This document shows, piece after piece, positions 1 through 9,522 of a stretch of 64,000 nucleotides of DNA. The DNA is from a virus: the IMG/VR virus record IMGVR_UViG_3300005253_000054, positions 1 to 64,000 of that record, one strand, 5' to 3'. The notes below the pieces were generated by a model. It did no database searches. It had not been told where the DNA came from and saw nothing but the letters and a program-made list of their open reading frames with translations. Within the stretch, counting starts at the first letter, position 1. Each line of letters opens with the position of its first letter. The position numbers and the translations under genes are program-made.

Positions 1-93
1 TACTCGTCGTTGTCGTCTTCGTCTAGTATTAGCACATCTTCAGTTAGTACATCCAGCAGTAGTGTATCCAGTAGCAGCAGTCTACTTCCTTAA
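1..93 (+). CDS. 3' end of a protein with a Ser-rich C-terminal tail (partial; probable virion protein)
   Basis: Frame 1 reads YSSLSSSSSISTSSVSTSSSSVSSSSSLLP-TAA(91-93); lies directly upstream of the tail tube gene. Confidence 0.7.
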   Translation, partial: YSSLSSSSSISTSSVSTSSSSVSSSSSLLP

Positions 94-107
94 TAGGAGT
101 CTAAATA

Positions 108-533
108 ATGACTAGTGAAAATACAGTAACAGGGAGACTAGGCAAGCACGTGGTTGGTACTACGTTAGTTGCTAGGATCACTAATTGGGCTGTAAACCGT
201 ACTCTTGCCAGTACCAGTGAATGGGGCGATTCCGATAGCGGTGGCTTTACTAACAGAGCAGCAGGCCGTAAGGATGGCACATTCACGACAGAGGGCAAGT
301 TTGATACGGACAGTAAAGTGTTCGATTTGTTCCAACCTGAAGACATTGCAATTGGCACCCTTTGGCTGAATACAACTCTCTATTGGGATTTCCCAAGAGC
401 CCTCAATAATGACTTCGCTCTAACTGTTGACGTTGATACAGAGGAAGTCATTGGTTGGACAAGTGGGTGGGGTGCTGATGGTGTATTCCATTATCCGGGT
501 GAAGCTGGAGCAGCGGCTAGAGTCCTTCCGTAA
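108..533 (+). CDS. probable major tail (tube) protein
   Basis: SD AGGAG; 141 aa beta-rich protein; position upstream of chaperones and tape measure gene. Confidence 0.6.
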   Translation: MTSENTVTGRLGKHVVGTTLVARITNWAVNRTLASTSEWGDSDSGGFTNRAAGRKDGTFTTEGKFDTDSKVFDLFQPEDIAIGTLWLNTTLYWDFPRALNNDFALTVDVDTEEVIGWTSGWGADGVFHYPGEAGAAARVLP

Positions 534-567
534 GACAACATGATTCTCTACTGGAGGGATTTTCAAG

Positions 568-867
568 ATGTCGCTTAACGAACGTGACGTAGAACGGATA
601 CACACCCGACTAGACGAAATTGTTTCTGACCTATCAGAGGCCAAAACTGATTTACGTGTTGTTGTTGAAAAATTAGAGACACACGACAGAATCATTATGG
701 GCAATGGAAAGGATTCTGTTGATAGTCGTTTGACAAAACTAGAGACGGTTAGTGGTGGCAGATCAAAGGGAAGTTGGATAATCTTAGCTGCTATCATAGG
801 AACCGTTTTCAGTTTGATAGTTTCAGGCGTCACTGTCCTTGCTGGTCATTTGATAACAGGGAATTGA
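568..867 (+). CDS. coiled-coil protein with one C-terminal TM helix (holin/XhlA-like possible)
   Basis: SD GGAGG; hydrophobic WIILAAIIGTVFSLIVSGVTVLAG. Confidence 0.45.
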   Translation: MSLNERDVERIHTRLDEIVSDLSEAKTDLRVVVEKLETHDRIIMGNGKDSVDSRLTKLETVSGGRSKGSWIILAAIIGTVFSLIVSGVTVLAGHLITGN

Positions 868-870
868 ACA

Positions 871-1089
871 ATGAGTGATATTCTAATAGTACGAAAAGAG
901 GAACATCATTTATGGAGGACTTGCCCGTGTGATTTATGTGCTGCTGAGAGAGATCGAACCACCTATTCTAAACCTACCCTTCCTTCCACTCGGAAAATCC
1001 CCGTGGATGCGGCTTATCTTTTTGGCCTCATCCCTTCACGAAATCCCCACGGTTCGGTTGCTAGAGAATTGATGAAAAAGACTGTTTAG
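871..1089 (+). CDS. small hypothetical protein (CxCxxC)
   Basis: ORF packed between neighbouring genes. Confidence 0.5.
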   Translation: MSDILIVRKEEHHLWRTCPCDLCAAERDRTTYSKPTLPSTRKIPVDAAYLFGLIPSRNPHGSVARELMKKTV

Positions 1090-1130
1090 AGTTGTTGCTA
1101 AGACCTACAATTTATTAAGGGGACATTACC

Positions 1131-1769
1131 ATGTCAGAAAAGATGGCTCGTGCATTGGGTGCGGGGGGTTCTACTATCGTTATGATCGCAGGGAAGGAAT
1201 GTATGCCTAGACCATTGGGCATTATGGAATTGTCGGAGGTAGAGCGTGACTGTTTGGAACGATATAAGAGATCGTATCTAAAGACATTCTCTGATAATGC
1301 CGACTTGATACCTGAGAATGAAGGAATCAAATTGTTGAGAGGTAAGATGGAAGAAGTGGCTACGTGGGACGTGGGGGATCTGCCAGCCAAGTATGCCCAT
1401 GATCCTGATAAATTGTCGATTACAAAAGGATTGCGAAAGTGGTTGCAAAGTGAGATGTTGGTTGACAAGGATGCTTCTTCTAAACAATTGAAAAGAGTGT
1501 GTGCAACTGCATTAGATCGAGAAATGTTGTCCGCCAAATTGTACGAAAGAAAGACGAAAGAGAAGCCCGCAAAAATGAAGGTGCCTTACGTCAATTGGTG
1601 GATTACTGGTTCCTTTGATGGGATGATTTCGTTGGTGTGGACCTGTTTTAAGGGTAATGGTGTTACAAGGGAACAAGTAGCAGAGTTGATGGTTAAAGAT
1701 CCAGCTATGCTTGCTGGATTATCAAGAGAGATTGAACACCTGTCGGCACCAGAAGTAAAAAATGGTTAG
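1131..1769 (+). CDS. tail assembly chaperone (gpG-like)
   Basis: Between tail tube and tape measure genes; ends with slippery heptamer A AAA AAT. Confidence 0.65.
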   Translation: MSEKMARALGAGGSTIVMIAGKECMPRPLGIMELSEVERDCLERYKRSYLKTFSDNADLIPENEGIKLLRGKMEEVATWDVGDLPAKYAHDPDKLSITKGLRKWLQSEMLVDKDASSKQLKRVCATALDREMLSAKLYERKTKEKPAKMKVPYVNWWITGSFDGMISLVWTCFKGNGVTREQVAELMVKDPAMLAGLSREIEHLSAPEVKNG

Positions 1770-1797
1770 GGGCTGCTACTGAAAAGAGTAGTGGCCC
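1757..1797 (+). other. programmed -1 frameshift signal (slippery site plus hairpin)
   Basis: A_AAA_AAT at 1757-1763; -1 frame open to 2188; stem GGGCTGCTACT/AGTAGTGGCCC at 1770-1797. Confidence 0.75.
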
Positions 1798-2188
1798 GGA
1801 ACAAGAGCCGATTGGTGGGTTGTTATGTGGATTGACACCTTATGAGATTCGATTGTTGACGGATGATCCGATAATTGGTGGGTATGGTCAATCCTTGAAA
1901 GATGTAAAACACTTTACTTTAGACCAAGTGTATATGATATTAGTAGAACGAAAGCATTTGAAAGAACATGATGATGGTGTTAGGACAAAATCAGTTGCTA
2001 GTTCGGATGTGGCTACAAAGGTCGATGCCGATGGGATGGTGGCAGCACGGGCTGAGGATGGTACACGGCTACGTCTGAAGACTGAGGGCAAGTCCCTTGC
2101 TAGGAGACTGATGGAAGAGGAACAGCATAAGAAGGAACGTCGGGCTCGTAAGAAACGACGTGGGAGGAAGCGACGATTGGAGGTATGA
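1757..2188 (+). CDS. frameshift extension of tail assembly chaperone (gpT-like)
   Basis: -1 frame relative to 1131..1769 with no stop from 1757 to 2188; includes track ORF 1820..2188. Confidence 0.7.
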   Translation, partial: KKWLGAATEKSSGPEQEPIGGLLCGLTPYEIRLLTDDPIIGGYGQSLKDVKHFTLDQVYMILVERKHLKEHDDGVRTKSVASSDVATKVDADGMVAARAEDGTRLRLKTEGKSLARRLMEEEQHKKERRARKKRRGRKRRLEV

Positions 2189-4466
2189 GAGAATTGGAAT
2201 TGAACTGGCTCGCGCTTTCGTCACAGTTAGGGCGGATTCGTCTAGGCTTTCCTCTGATTTTGGGAAAGTTCAGAAGAAAACCGGTCAGCTAATGTCTGGC
2301 ATATCGTCACAAATACGTGGCATGTTAGCTGGACTAGGGGTGATTGGTCTTGGTGCTGCATTTGTGGCAGCCGGTAGAGAGGCGGCTACTTTTGAAGACA
2401 CTATGATTTTTGTACGGGCAAATGCTCGTTTATTGGGAAAGGAGGGTGAAAAATCATTTAGGCAATTAGAGGCCGCTGCCAGGAAAATGGGGGCTACCAC
2501 TAGATTTACGGCTGTCCAAGCTGCCGAGGGTTTGAATCAATTGGTATTAGGTGGTTTGAAGGCTAAGGATGCTATAGTAGCATTGTCCAGTGTACTTAAT
2601 TTAGCTGCATCAGCCAATTTGGGATTGGGTGAATCTGCTAAAATTGTTGTGGATAATATGATTGTGTATGGATTAGCAGCAAATGATACGGCTAGAATTG
2701 CAGACTTTTTATCTTCTGCTCAATCCAGAGCACAAATTACAGCGAGGGATTTGGCGGATGGTCTTCAATCGTTGGGATCTATAGCATCAGAAATGGGTGC
2801 CAATTTTAATGATGTTGTGACTATATTGACGAGCATGGGAAGGGCCGGTGCGGATATGCGGTCCGCGGGAACTGCTTTGGCTATGGCTCTGGCAAGGATG
2901 ACAGATAAGACGGGTCCGGCTACGGCGGCCCTTAAAAGTATGGATGTAGAAATAAGAAACTTTACAAAACCTGGTGGCGGTATTGATTTAATACCCTTAT
3001 TTCGTGATATAGCTGACAAGATGCCAACAGATCCTATCGAACGCGGTGCTAAGGCCATAGAGATATTCGGAATAAAAGGCAAGATTATGCTGGGTATTTT
3101 TGGTCTAATGCGTCGTGGTAGATTTGTAGAGGAAACTGCGAAAGGGTTGGAGGATGATTTGGGACGTGCTGCTTTGGTAGCAGCCGCTCGTATGGACACA
3201 TTTTTGGGAATTGTTTTTACGTTAAAGTCGGCATTGTCCGATTTAGCTATCGCTGGATTAACACCCGTCTTGAAAGCCATTGAACCAATGATAGGTGTGT
3301 TCATAAAACTGACGGGGGCAATTTCTTTCCTAACAGAGAAGTTTTCTGAATTGAACAAAATGTCTGATGGGTTTATAAGCACTCTTGTATTAGCCACATT
3401 GGGCACTTTTGCTTTTGTCAGGGCGATTCTATTGATAGGTCCAGCAGCTAGGATTGCTGCTGCTGCTGTGAAGTTAGCAACAATATCTTCAGGTTGGGGG
3501 ATTATAATTGTTGCAATAGGACTTGTTATAGCGAGTTTGATTACCCTTGGGAATCGCATAAAGAAAATGGATAGTTTTCAGAAGACACTAAATGAAAATG
3601 CAGACAAGTTCAAATTGATTTGGATACGAATTAAACAGGTATTCACTGTGATGAGTGAAGCTGTGATAGAGGCATTCAATATAATAACAAGCAAAATTGC
3701 AGAAGTTACTGGTATTGATATTCCAAAACTCGTTGGTTCCATTGAACAGGTTACAGCGGATATGATAGGATTTATAGCCGATTTTGCCTTGGATACCGTG
3801 GAATGGTTTTTGGTTATCTTGAAAAATTCGGGTAAAGCATGGGAAGCCCTAAAGGGTGGATTTAGTGCTGCCGTCTCTTTTATGGGCGATATCTTATCGA
3901 ACTTCGTTGATATGTGGATTGATGCTATGAAAAACATCGGGGAGACTGTTATCGCGTTATTTACAAGTATTCCCAAATTAGCGAAGAAGGCTTTGTTAGG
4001 AGAGAATGTGTTGGGAGAGATTAAGAAAATTGTATCTGAAGGAATGGAGGGTGCCTTTGACGTTAGCAAACTACTAGACCCCAGTAAACGCACAAAGAAG
4101 ATATTAAGGGATAATGTGGAGGGTGCTTTCGGTGATCTTTTGGAGGAAAAAATAGCATTGGAAAAGGGTAGAAAGGATTTGTTGCCCAAAAAAGTTGCCG
4201 TGGAAGATCCATTACAAGATGCAATAGAACAAGGGGAGGCGTTCGGACAGGCTGCTGGAAATCAAATAGACAATATATTGACTTCACTAATAGGTGAGCG
4301 ATTAGGATTTAGAGAATTCGGTAAGACTATTCAAGATGCCCTGATAAAGGGAGGTAAGGACGACAAGGATGAAAAGAGAAATAGTCTTTTGGAGCAGGGT
4401 AACAAAAGGCAAGAAGATCTTATCAAGGCTGTTAAGGATTTGGAATTGCAAGGAGCCTTAACATGA
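2160..4466 (+). CDS. tail tape measure protein (TP901-like)
   Basis: ELARAFVTVRAD N-terminus, GATTRFTAVQAAEGL...VLNLAASA core, Ala-rich helical with TM-like segments; true start possibly ATT at 2193. Confidence 0.9.
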   Translation: MGGSDDWRYERIGIELARAFVTVRADSSRLSSDFGKVQKKTGQLMSGISSQIRGMLAGLGVIGLGAAFVAAGREAATFEDTMIFVRANARLLGKEGEKSFRQLEAAARKMGATTRFTAVQAAEGLNQLVLGGLKAKDAIVALSSVLNLAASANLGLGESAKIVVDNMIVYGLAANDTARIADFLSSAQSRAQITARDLADGLQSLGSIASEMGANFNDVVTILTSMGRAGADMRSAGTALAMALARMTDKTGPATAALKSMDVEIRNFTKPGGGIDLIPLFRDIADKMPTDPIERGAKAIEIFGIKGKIMLGIFGLMRRGRFVEETAKGLEDDLGRAALVAAARMDTFLGIVFTLKSALSDLAIAGLTPVLKAIEPMIGVFIKLTGAISFLTEKFSELNKMSDGFISTLVLATLGTFAFVRAILLIGPAARIAAAAVKLATISSGWGIIIVAIGLVIASLITLGNRIKKMDSFQKTLNENADKFKLIWIRIKQVFTVMSEAVIEAFNIITSKIAEVTGIDIPKLVGSIEQVTADMIGFIADFALDTVEWFLVILKNSGKAWEALKGGFSAAVSFMGDILSNFVDMWIDAMKNIGETVIALFTSIPKLAKKALLGENVLGEIKKIVSEGMEGAFDVSKLLDPSKRTKKILRDNVEGAFGDLLEEKIALEKGRKDLLPKKVAVEDPLQDAIEQGEAFGQAAGNQIDNILTSLIGERLGFREFGKTIQDALIKGGKDDKDEKRNSLLEQGNKRQEDLIKAVKDLELQGALT

Positions 4467-5374
4467 GTACAAACACGGACCCGTCCACCTGGCGATTGAG
4501 AACGGCCAGTGGGATCAGATACAAATTGATGGAAGGATTCCCCACTGGCACATTCGAGGATGAGAATGCTACTGCTGAAGAGCAGTATATAATACAAGCA
4601 CCCAATCTGTTTGCTTTTGTATTGGAATCGTTCCCCCCACCGATCGTGATTGGCAACTTTTTTATTAACCTACCGAAAAGATCTTTTCCATCATTGGTTT
4701 CTCTTCAGACCAAACGAATATCTTATCAACCATTCGAGGATGGAAGACCGTCTGATCCATTTGGTATTGATCTGGGGGCACCTGATGGCACGTATGCTGA
4801 TTTCTTATTGGTAACAATCAGTTACGCCACGGGTAAGAATAGTGGGGATGATAATAACCCAACTACCTTTTTGGAGATATCATCTAGTGCCACGGGTGAG
4901 ATTATTACAATACCTACAACTGGTAACAACTTTGGTTCACCCACTGGCGATCCAGTCCAAGATGGTGTTGTTCCAGTATCACAAGTTATACCTGAAACAG
5001 AATGGACTGTTAGATGGTCACAAATCCCTAATACTTTCTTTGATGTATTGCTTAATGTGATGCGACCTTTGATGGGGCGAGTAAGCAGTGTTCCAATGCC
5101 ATTGCTTAGAAATGCCGATGCATCTACTATTTTATTCATGGGATGGTCACACGAAGAACAGTTTACGTGGAAAAAGAATTTTGTGGATGCACCTCCTATC
5201 CAAGTGGAGATGCATTTCGTAGAGAAGAATCTTAATATCGACGGGTTTACCATAGGACACAATCACTTCTACAATCCAAAGACTGGGGCTTGGGAACAAT
5301 TATTCAATGCCAAAGGTGAATTGGTTTATCGTTCGGGTAATCTTAATAAAATGTTTCCGCCTTCGGTTGGGTAG
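4463..5374 (+). CDS. putative distal tail/tail tip protein
   Basis: ATGA overlap with tape measure gene; position in tail module. Confidence 0.5.
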   Translation: MSTNTDPSTWRLRTASGIRYKLMEGFPTGTFEDENATAEEQYIIQAPNLFAFVLESFPPPIVIGNFFINLPKRSFPSLVSLQTKRISYQPFEDGRPSDPFGIDLGAPDGTYADFLLVTISYATGKNSGDDNNPTTFLEISSSATGEIITIPTTGNNFGSPTGDPVQDGVVPVSQVIPETEWTVRWSQIPNTFFDVLLNVMRPLMGRVSSVPMPLLRNADASTILFMGWSHEEQFTWKKNFVDAPPIQVEMHFVEKNLNIDGFTIGHNHFYNPKTGAWEQLFNAKGELVYRSGNLNKMFPPSVG

Positions 5375-5379
5375 TTATT

Positions 5380-6573
5380 ATGGCCCGTGAAACCTTCCCC
5401 AGAAAAAAACCTGGTGATAGCTTAGAGGCTTCCCATGTCAATAAGCTATCACGAGTAGCAAGGCGTCTTTCCAATTTCCCGATAGGTTCCCATCAGATAG
5501 GCAAGCAAGGTGGAACATTTTCTGGTTCCGGTCCATACCCTCATTGGACGCAAGCCCCCGTTGAGATCACAAATAAGAAGATCGACTCAGACGATTCCGA
5601 AAACAGTGGATTATATTTATGCAAGATACGTTATTTTGATGGAGAAGAGTGGCAATTACAAGATCAGGAATATCAATTAGATGCTAATTCCATTAAAGAA
5701 AAATACGAAGTAGAGGATATTGTCACAGCCTATTTTTCACGTCAACGTGGGTTGTGGTTACCAATCACTTTTGTAGCCGGGATTCAATCATTCATAGAAG
5801 TAGAGGGAGTCACGACCACAACAATCGAGAAAGAAACGGGCGAAGATAGTTATGAGGTAGAATTTTGGTTAGAGCGTTCCTCTGGTGGACCATTCACCAT
5901 AGTTGGTGGTCGTACTTTCTTTATCAATGCTTACCATGAATCGGAGGATATTTCTGTAACTGGTGTGGGTTTCATTACATTCTTAGCACAACACAATGAG
6001 GTATTCCGATTGGTGGTAAGAGTATCAGAAGTATTGGAGGATGTTTCGAGTGTTTTGGGAGTAATGAAGTTTACGTCATTAGATAAGGATGGTATAACCA
6101 CCTCGGATACTTCGGCACCAGATGCAACCGTTGTAGGACGTCTAAGAGCCGTTGCTGAGGTAAATAATAACGATGGGGAATTGCGTTGGCCTAAGTACGA
6201 AATTCAGAATACATTGGAAGGTGTTAGGATACAAACACCCAAAGAGGAGACTTGGACAATAGAGGCGGACGTTTTGATTACGGCTGTGATCCAACCATCC
6301 TCGGCAAGTTCGGCCAGCACATCCTCGATTAGTACGTCGAGCCAAAGTGATGAGGTTAGCAGTGTTAGCAGTATCAGTACGTCATCCCCATCGTCACAAT
6401 CAATGTCTTCAATATCCACTAGTTCTAGCAGTGGAAGTAGTACTTCAACATCGTCCCAATCACCATCGTCCCAATCTTCGTTGTCATCACAATCCAGTAC
6501 ATCAAGCCAATCAAGTATTTCTACTAGTTCTAGTTCAATCAGCACAAGCAGTCAAAGTGATACTGGGGCATAA
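5380..6573 (+). CDS. putative tail protein with ~90 aa Ser/Thr-rich C-terminal tail
   Basis: C-terminus PSSASSASTSSISTSSQS...SSQSDTGA, encoded by mixed TCN/AGY codons. Confidence 0.65.
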   Translation: MARETFPRKKPGDSLEASHVNKLSRVARRLSNFPIGSHQIGKQGGTFSGSGPYPHWTQAPVEITNKKIDSDDSENSGLYLCKIRYFDGEEWQLQDQEYQLDANSIKEKYEVEDIVTAYFSRQRGLWLPITFVAGIQSFIEVEGVTTTTIEKETGEDSYEVEFWLERSSGGPFTIVGGRTFFINAYHESEDISVTGVGFITFLAQHNEVFRLVVRVSEVLEDVSSVLGVMKFTSLDKDGITTSDTSAPDATVVGRLRAVAEVNNNDGELRWPKYEIQNTLEGVRIQTPKEETWTIEADVLITAVIQPSSASSASTSSISTSSQSDEVSSVSSISTSSPSSQSMSSISTSSSSGSSTSTSSQSPSSQSSLSSQSSTSSQSSISTSSSSISTSSQSDTGA

Positions 6574-6595
6574 TCGTTTTTAGTGGAGACCCGAA

Positions 6596-7591
6596 ATGTC
6601 GTGTGTGTATCTTCGGAAAAGGGATGGCAAATCTGACCTATGTAATCTGTACGATGCGAAAGCAAAGTGCAAAAAATGCGAAGATATTCTTACGTTAGAT
6701 GATCCAGACCTATCATCCAAATTCAAAGACCCCCTAATTCTTACAGATCAAGACAGAAACAAGATAACCTGTTTTAGAAATCTGTTAGCTGGTCGCCCCT
6801 CATTCCTTGTTTGTGGTGGCCCGTCCGCGAATCAATTCCCCTTGGAAGTGCTAAACAACAGGGGTTGTTGGTCTATCGCTGTCAATAACATGGGAGGGCA
6901 TTCTCGTTTTCGTCCCAATGCCTTTACGTGTTCTGACCCTCCCAAAAAATTCCATAATGGGATATGGCTTGACCCCGGTATAATGAAGATCATTCCCATT
7001 CCCAAAACGAAAAGGAACCGTGGCAAACTCCGCGAGAAGCTCCCTAACGGGTCATTCCAGGACTTGCGGGATGACAAGGGGGAGATTATGTCATCTTGCG
7101 ATTGCCCGAACGTATGGGGCTATGGGAGGCGTTCCTGGATGGCTCTGGATGAGACGTTCTTTACTGACATAGATGCTGCTTGGGGCAACCATAATGTGGG
7201 AGTGAAGAAAACGGGCCAGCCCAAATGCGTCTGTACGATGCTGCTTGCAATGAGGATTCTTTACTATTTGGGATCGAGGCGAATCTTTCTGGTTGGTGTT
7301 GACTTTAACATGGATTCGTCAAGAGATTTGCTTGCCAATTATGCTTTCGGTGAAGAGCGGGATGATGGGGCTTGTCGATCAAACAACAGTCATTATGACA
7401 TAGTTAATAAGCAGTTATGTGAGATGCAAGAGGGAGGGATTTTCAAGAGATTCGGATTAGAGATATTCAATTGCTTTTCTAATTCAGGATTAAGGGCGTT
7501 TCCCTACGTCTCTTTTGAGGATGCCATAGGATGTGCTACAATGGGAATTCCAAGTGGGCCTTTTGATTTGCGTAACTGGTATAAGTCGTGA
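6596..7591 (+). CDS. Maf/DUF115-like (GT42/GT73-type fold) putative CMP-sugar-dependent glycosyltransferase
   Basis: VCGGPSA, IAVNN and ILYYLGSRRIFLVGVDF motifs. Confidence 0.6.
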   Translation: MSCVYLRKRDGKSDLCNLYDAKAKCKKCEDILTLDDPDLSSKFKDPLILTDQDRNKITCFRNLLAGRPSFLVCGGPSANQFPLEVLNNRGCWSIAVNNMGGHSRFRPNAFTCSDPPKKFHNGIWLDPGIMKIIPIPKTKRNRGKLREKLPNGSFQDLRDDKGEIMSSCDCPNVWGYGRRSWMALDETFFTDIDAAWGNHNVGVKKTGQPKCVCTMLLAMRILYYLGSRRIFLVGVDFNMDSSRDLLANYAFGEERDDGACRSNNSHYDIVNKQLCEMQEGGIFKRFGLEIFNCFSNSGLRAFPYVSFEDAIGCATMGIPSGPFDLRNWYKS

Positions 7592-7600
7592 GGTAACAAA

Positions 7601-8371
7601 ATGAGCATAACTTTCGTTAGGGTTTTGTATGGCGATGGTACTGGTTGGCCTAGACCGAAAGATGATCCCACTGGAGAGCACATGCGGGCTAGGAGTGTTC
7701 GTTTACTGAATCAAGATATTGATAGATCGTTTCAGAATGACCGCGATAACTTCTTCCGAGACAAAATCCATTATGTGACGATGGGAGAATGGGCTACTGA
7801 CAAATTACGAACACACAAGGTTAAGAACATCCACCAAGTAAATAAACATCCTTGGTGTCAGCCCAAAGGATATATACACTTCTGGCATAAGCTTTACTTA
7901 GTACGTGAGGCTTTGCGTTTATTTGGTGACGTAGTGTGTACCGATTTCGATTGTGTACCTACTGACGGTTTCGATGCTCGTTTTGGTGAGGCTGTAGATT
8001 CTATGGAGGGTAAAATCTTTCAAGCACCCTTGACCATATACCATCGACGTGCTTTTGCGTGGAGAGAATCAAGTGGGGAAGGCTGGAGTAAGGTCAGTAA
8101 GCACATTGGATTGTGTGGTAGCTTTATGTTGTTTCGGAATGTAGGAATGGTTAATGAATTTTTCGAGGATTGGGAAGAGTTGAATAAACTGTTACCCAAC
8201 AATACGATGGCAAGCGACCAAGCGATTACGTATAGTTTGGAAAAGAGACGGAGGATAAAAACTGTTAGAGAGACTTACGAAGAATGCGAGCCCGAAGCCA
8301 TTATCATACCGCGTAGTCCAATCCACGATTTGGGAATCACGAAAGACTCTGCTATATTCAGCCATAGGTAA
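7601..8371 (+). CDS. putative GT-A glycosyltransferase
   Basis: WHKL...VVCTDFD (DxD), CGSFMLF, SDQ motifs; cluster context. Confidence 0.5.
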   Translation: MSITFVRVLYGDGTGWPRPKDDPTGEHMRARSVRLLNQDIDRSFQNDRDNFFRDKIHYVTMGEWATDKLRTHKVKNIHQVNKHPWCQPKGYIHFWHKLYLVREALRLFGDVVCTDFDCVPTDGFDARFGEAVDSMEGKIFQAPLTIYHRRAFAWRESSGEGWSKVSKHIGLCGSFMLFRNVGMVNEFFEDWEELNKLLPNNTMASDQAITYSLEKRRRIKTVRETYEECEPEAIIIPRSPIHDLGITKDSAIFSHR

Positions 8372-8376
8372 GATCC

Positions 8377-8787
8377 ATGTTACCAACATTCTCGATACCG
8401 CCCATCGGTCCCAAACAGGGGAAAATATGGGGAGCAACTCAGTTGCTATTTGCTTACAATTCTGTGGAGTGTCATCTTATAGGGATAAGCAAGAGCGGTT
8501 TTTGTTCTAAACATACTCACGAATACAAGTGGAATCGTTTCGTAGTAGTTAGAGGTTCTTTAACTATCGAATCTTACCTCAATCCGGATTCTCCAGACGA
8601 AACCGTACTGATGCCTGGACAGATAACGGATATTCCTCCAGGGGTTCCCCATCGTTTCAAAGCTTCTACTGAGGATTGCATAGCCTTGGAGTTTTATTGG
8701 GTGGTATTGGAACCATTGGACATAGACAGAGGTGGAACCGTGGGAGGTGTGAAAGATGATCCATCGGATAAGAAAGGTGGTGAGTAA
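8377..8787 (+). CDS. cupin-domain protein (sugar isomerase-like)
   Basis: KIWG, SKHTHEYK, IPPGVPHRF cupin motifs. Confidence 0.8.
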   Translation: MLPTFSIPPIGPKQGKIWGATQLLFAYNSVECHLIGISKSGFCSKHTHEYKWNRFVVVRGSLTIESYLNPDSPDETVLMPGQITDIPPGVPHRFKASTEDCIALEFYWVVLEPLDIDRGGTVGGVKDDPSDKKGGE

Positions 8788-9035
8788 TGGGTCAGATGCA
8801 AACGTATGAAGTAGTTTATGTTGAGGGATTAGAAGCTGAGGTAAAACGATTGCGGAAGTTGTTTAGAGAAGTCCGCCAAGATTTTTTTGAGCAAGCAGAG
8901 GAAGAAATAAGGGAATATGCAGACAAGGGTAAAAGTTGGGTGGAAATTGAGGATATGCCGAAACGGAAAAAGTATTTTGATGCAGAGACAGAAAAACTTT
9001 GCAAAGGTGAAGACGATGAACCATCGAACGAATAA
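8787..9035 (+). CDS. hypothetical protein
   Basis: TAATG coupling with the upstream gene. Confidence 0.55.
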   Translation: MGQMQTYEVVYVEGLEAEVKRLRKLFREVRQDFFEQAEEEIREYADKGKSWVEIEDMPKRKKYFDAETEKLCKGEDDEPSNE

Positions 9036-9522
9036 ACTGATTAAGGTTCTGAACGATTACAAGATCAATCCTAAGATGGGTGCCGAGGTAGGCGTACAGT
9101 TTGGTAAGAATGCCTATGGAATGTTAAAGACTTTTCCTGATTTGCATTTGCTATTAGTTGATAGTTACGATCCGACTACGTTTTTCCATGATAGGCATAC
9201 GGCAGAAAATGCCCGGAATATGGCATTGGTTAGGTTGTTTAACTTTACCGATAGGACACAGTGGTTTGTAAAAACCAGTGTGGAAGCAGCAACAGAGATT
9301 CCAGACTATTCTCTCGACTACGCATTCATCGATGCAGGGCATGGTTACGACGACGTAAGAGCCGACATAGCAGCATGGTCTCCCAAGATACGTCATGGGG
9401 GCATACTTGCGGGACACGACTATACAAGACGTTTTAGAGGGGTTGTGAAGGCAGTCAATGAAGCCTTCGGTGGAAAGCACGAACGCAAAGGAGATCTATG
9501 GTGGATACAGATGGGAAAGTGA
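9016..9522 (+). CDS. class I SAM methyltransferase (Methyltransf_24-like)
   Basis: AEVGVQFG, FIDAGHGY, GGILAGHDY; in-frame ATG at 9016. Confidence 0.85.
   Translation: MNHRTNKLIKVLNDYKINPKMGAEVGVQFGKNAYGMLKTFPDLHLLLVDSYDPTTFFHDRHTAENARNMALVRLFNFTDRTQWFVKTSVEAATEIPDYSLDYAFIDAGHGYDDVRADIAAWSPKIRHGGILAGHDYTRRFRGVVKAVNEAFGGKHERKGDLWWIQMGK

Noticed and set aside
2765-4189. Long minus-strand ORFs under the tape measure gene (also 20581-21354, 34986-35690 and similar)
   Set aside because: No motifs, SD or promoter recognised; shadows of + strand genes, unlike the HNH at 50773-51480
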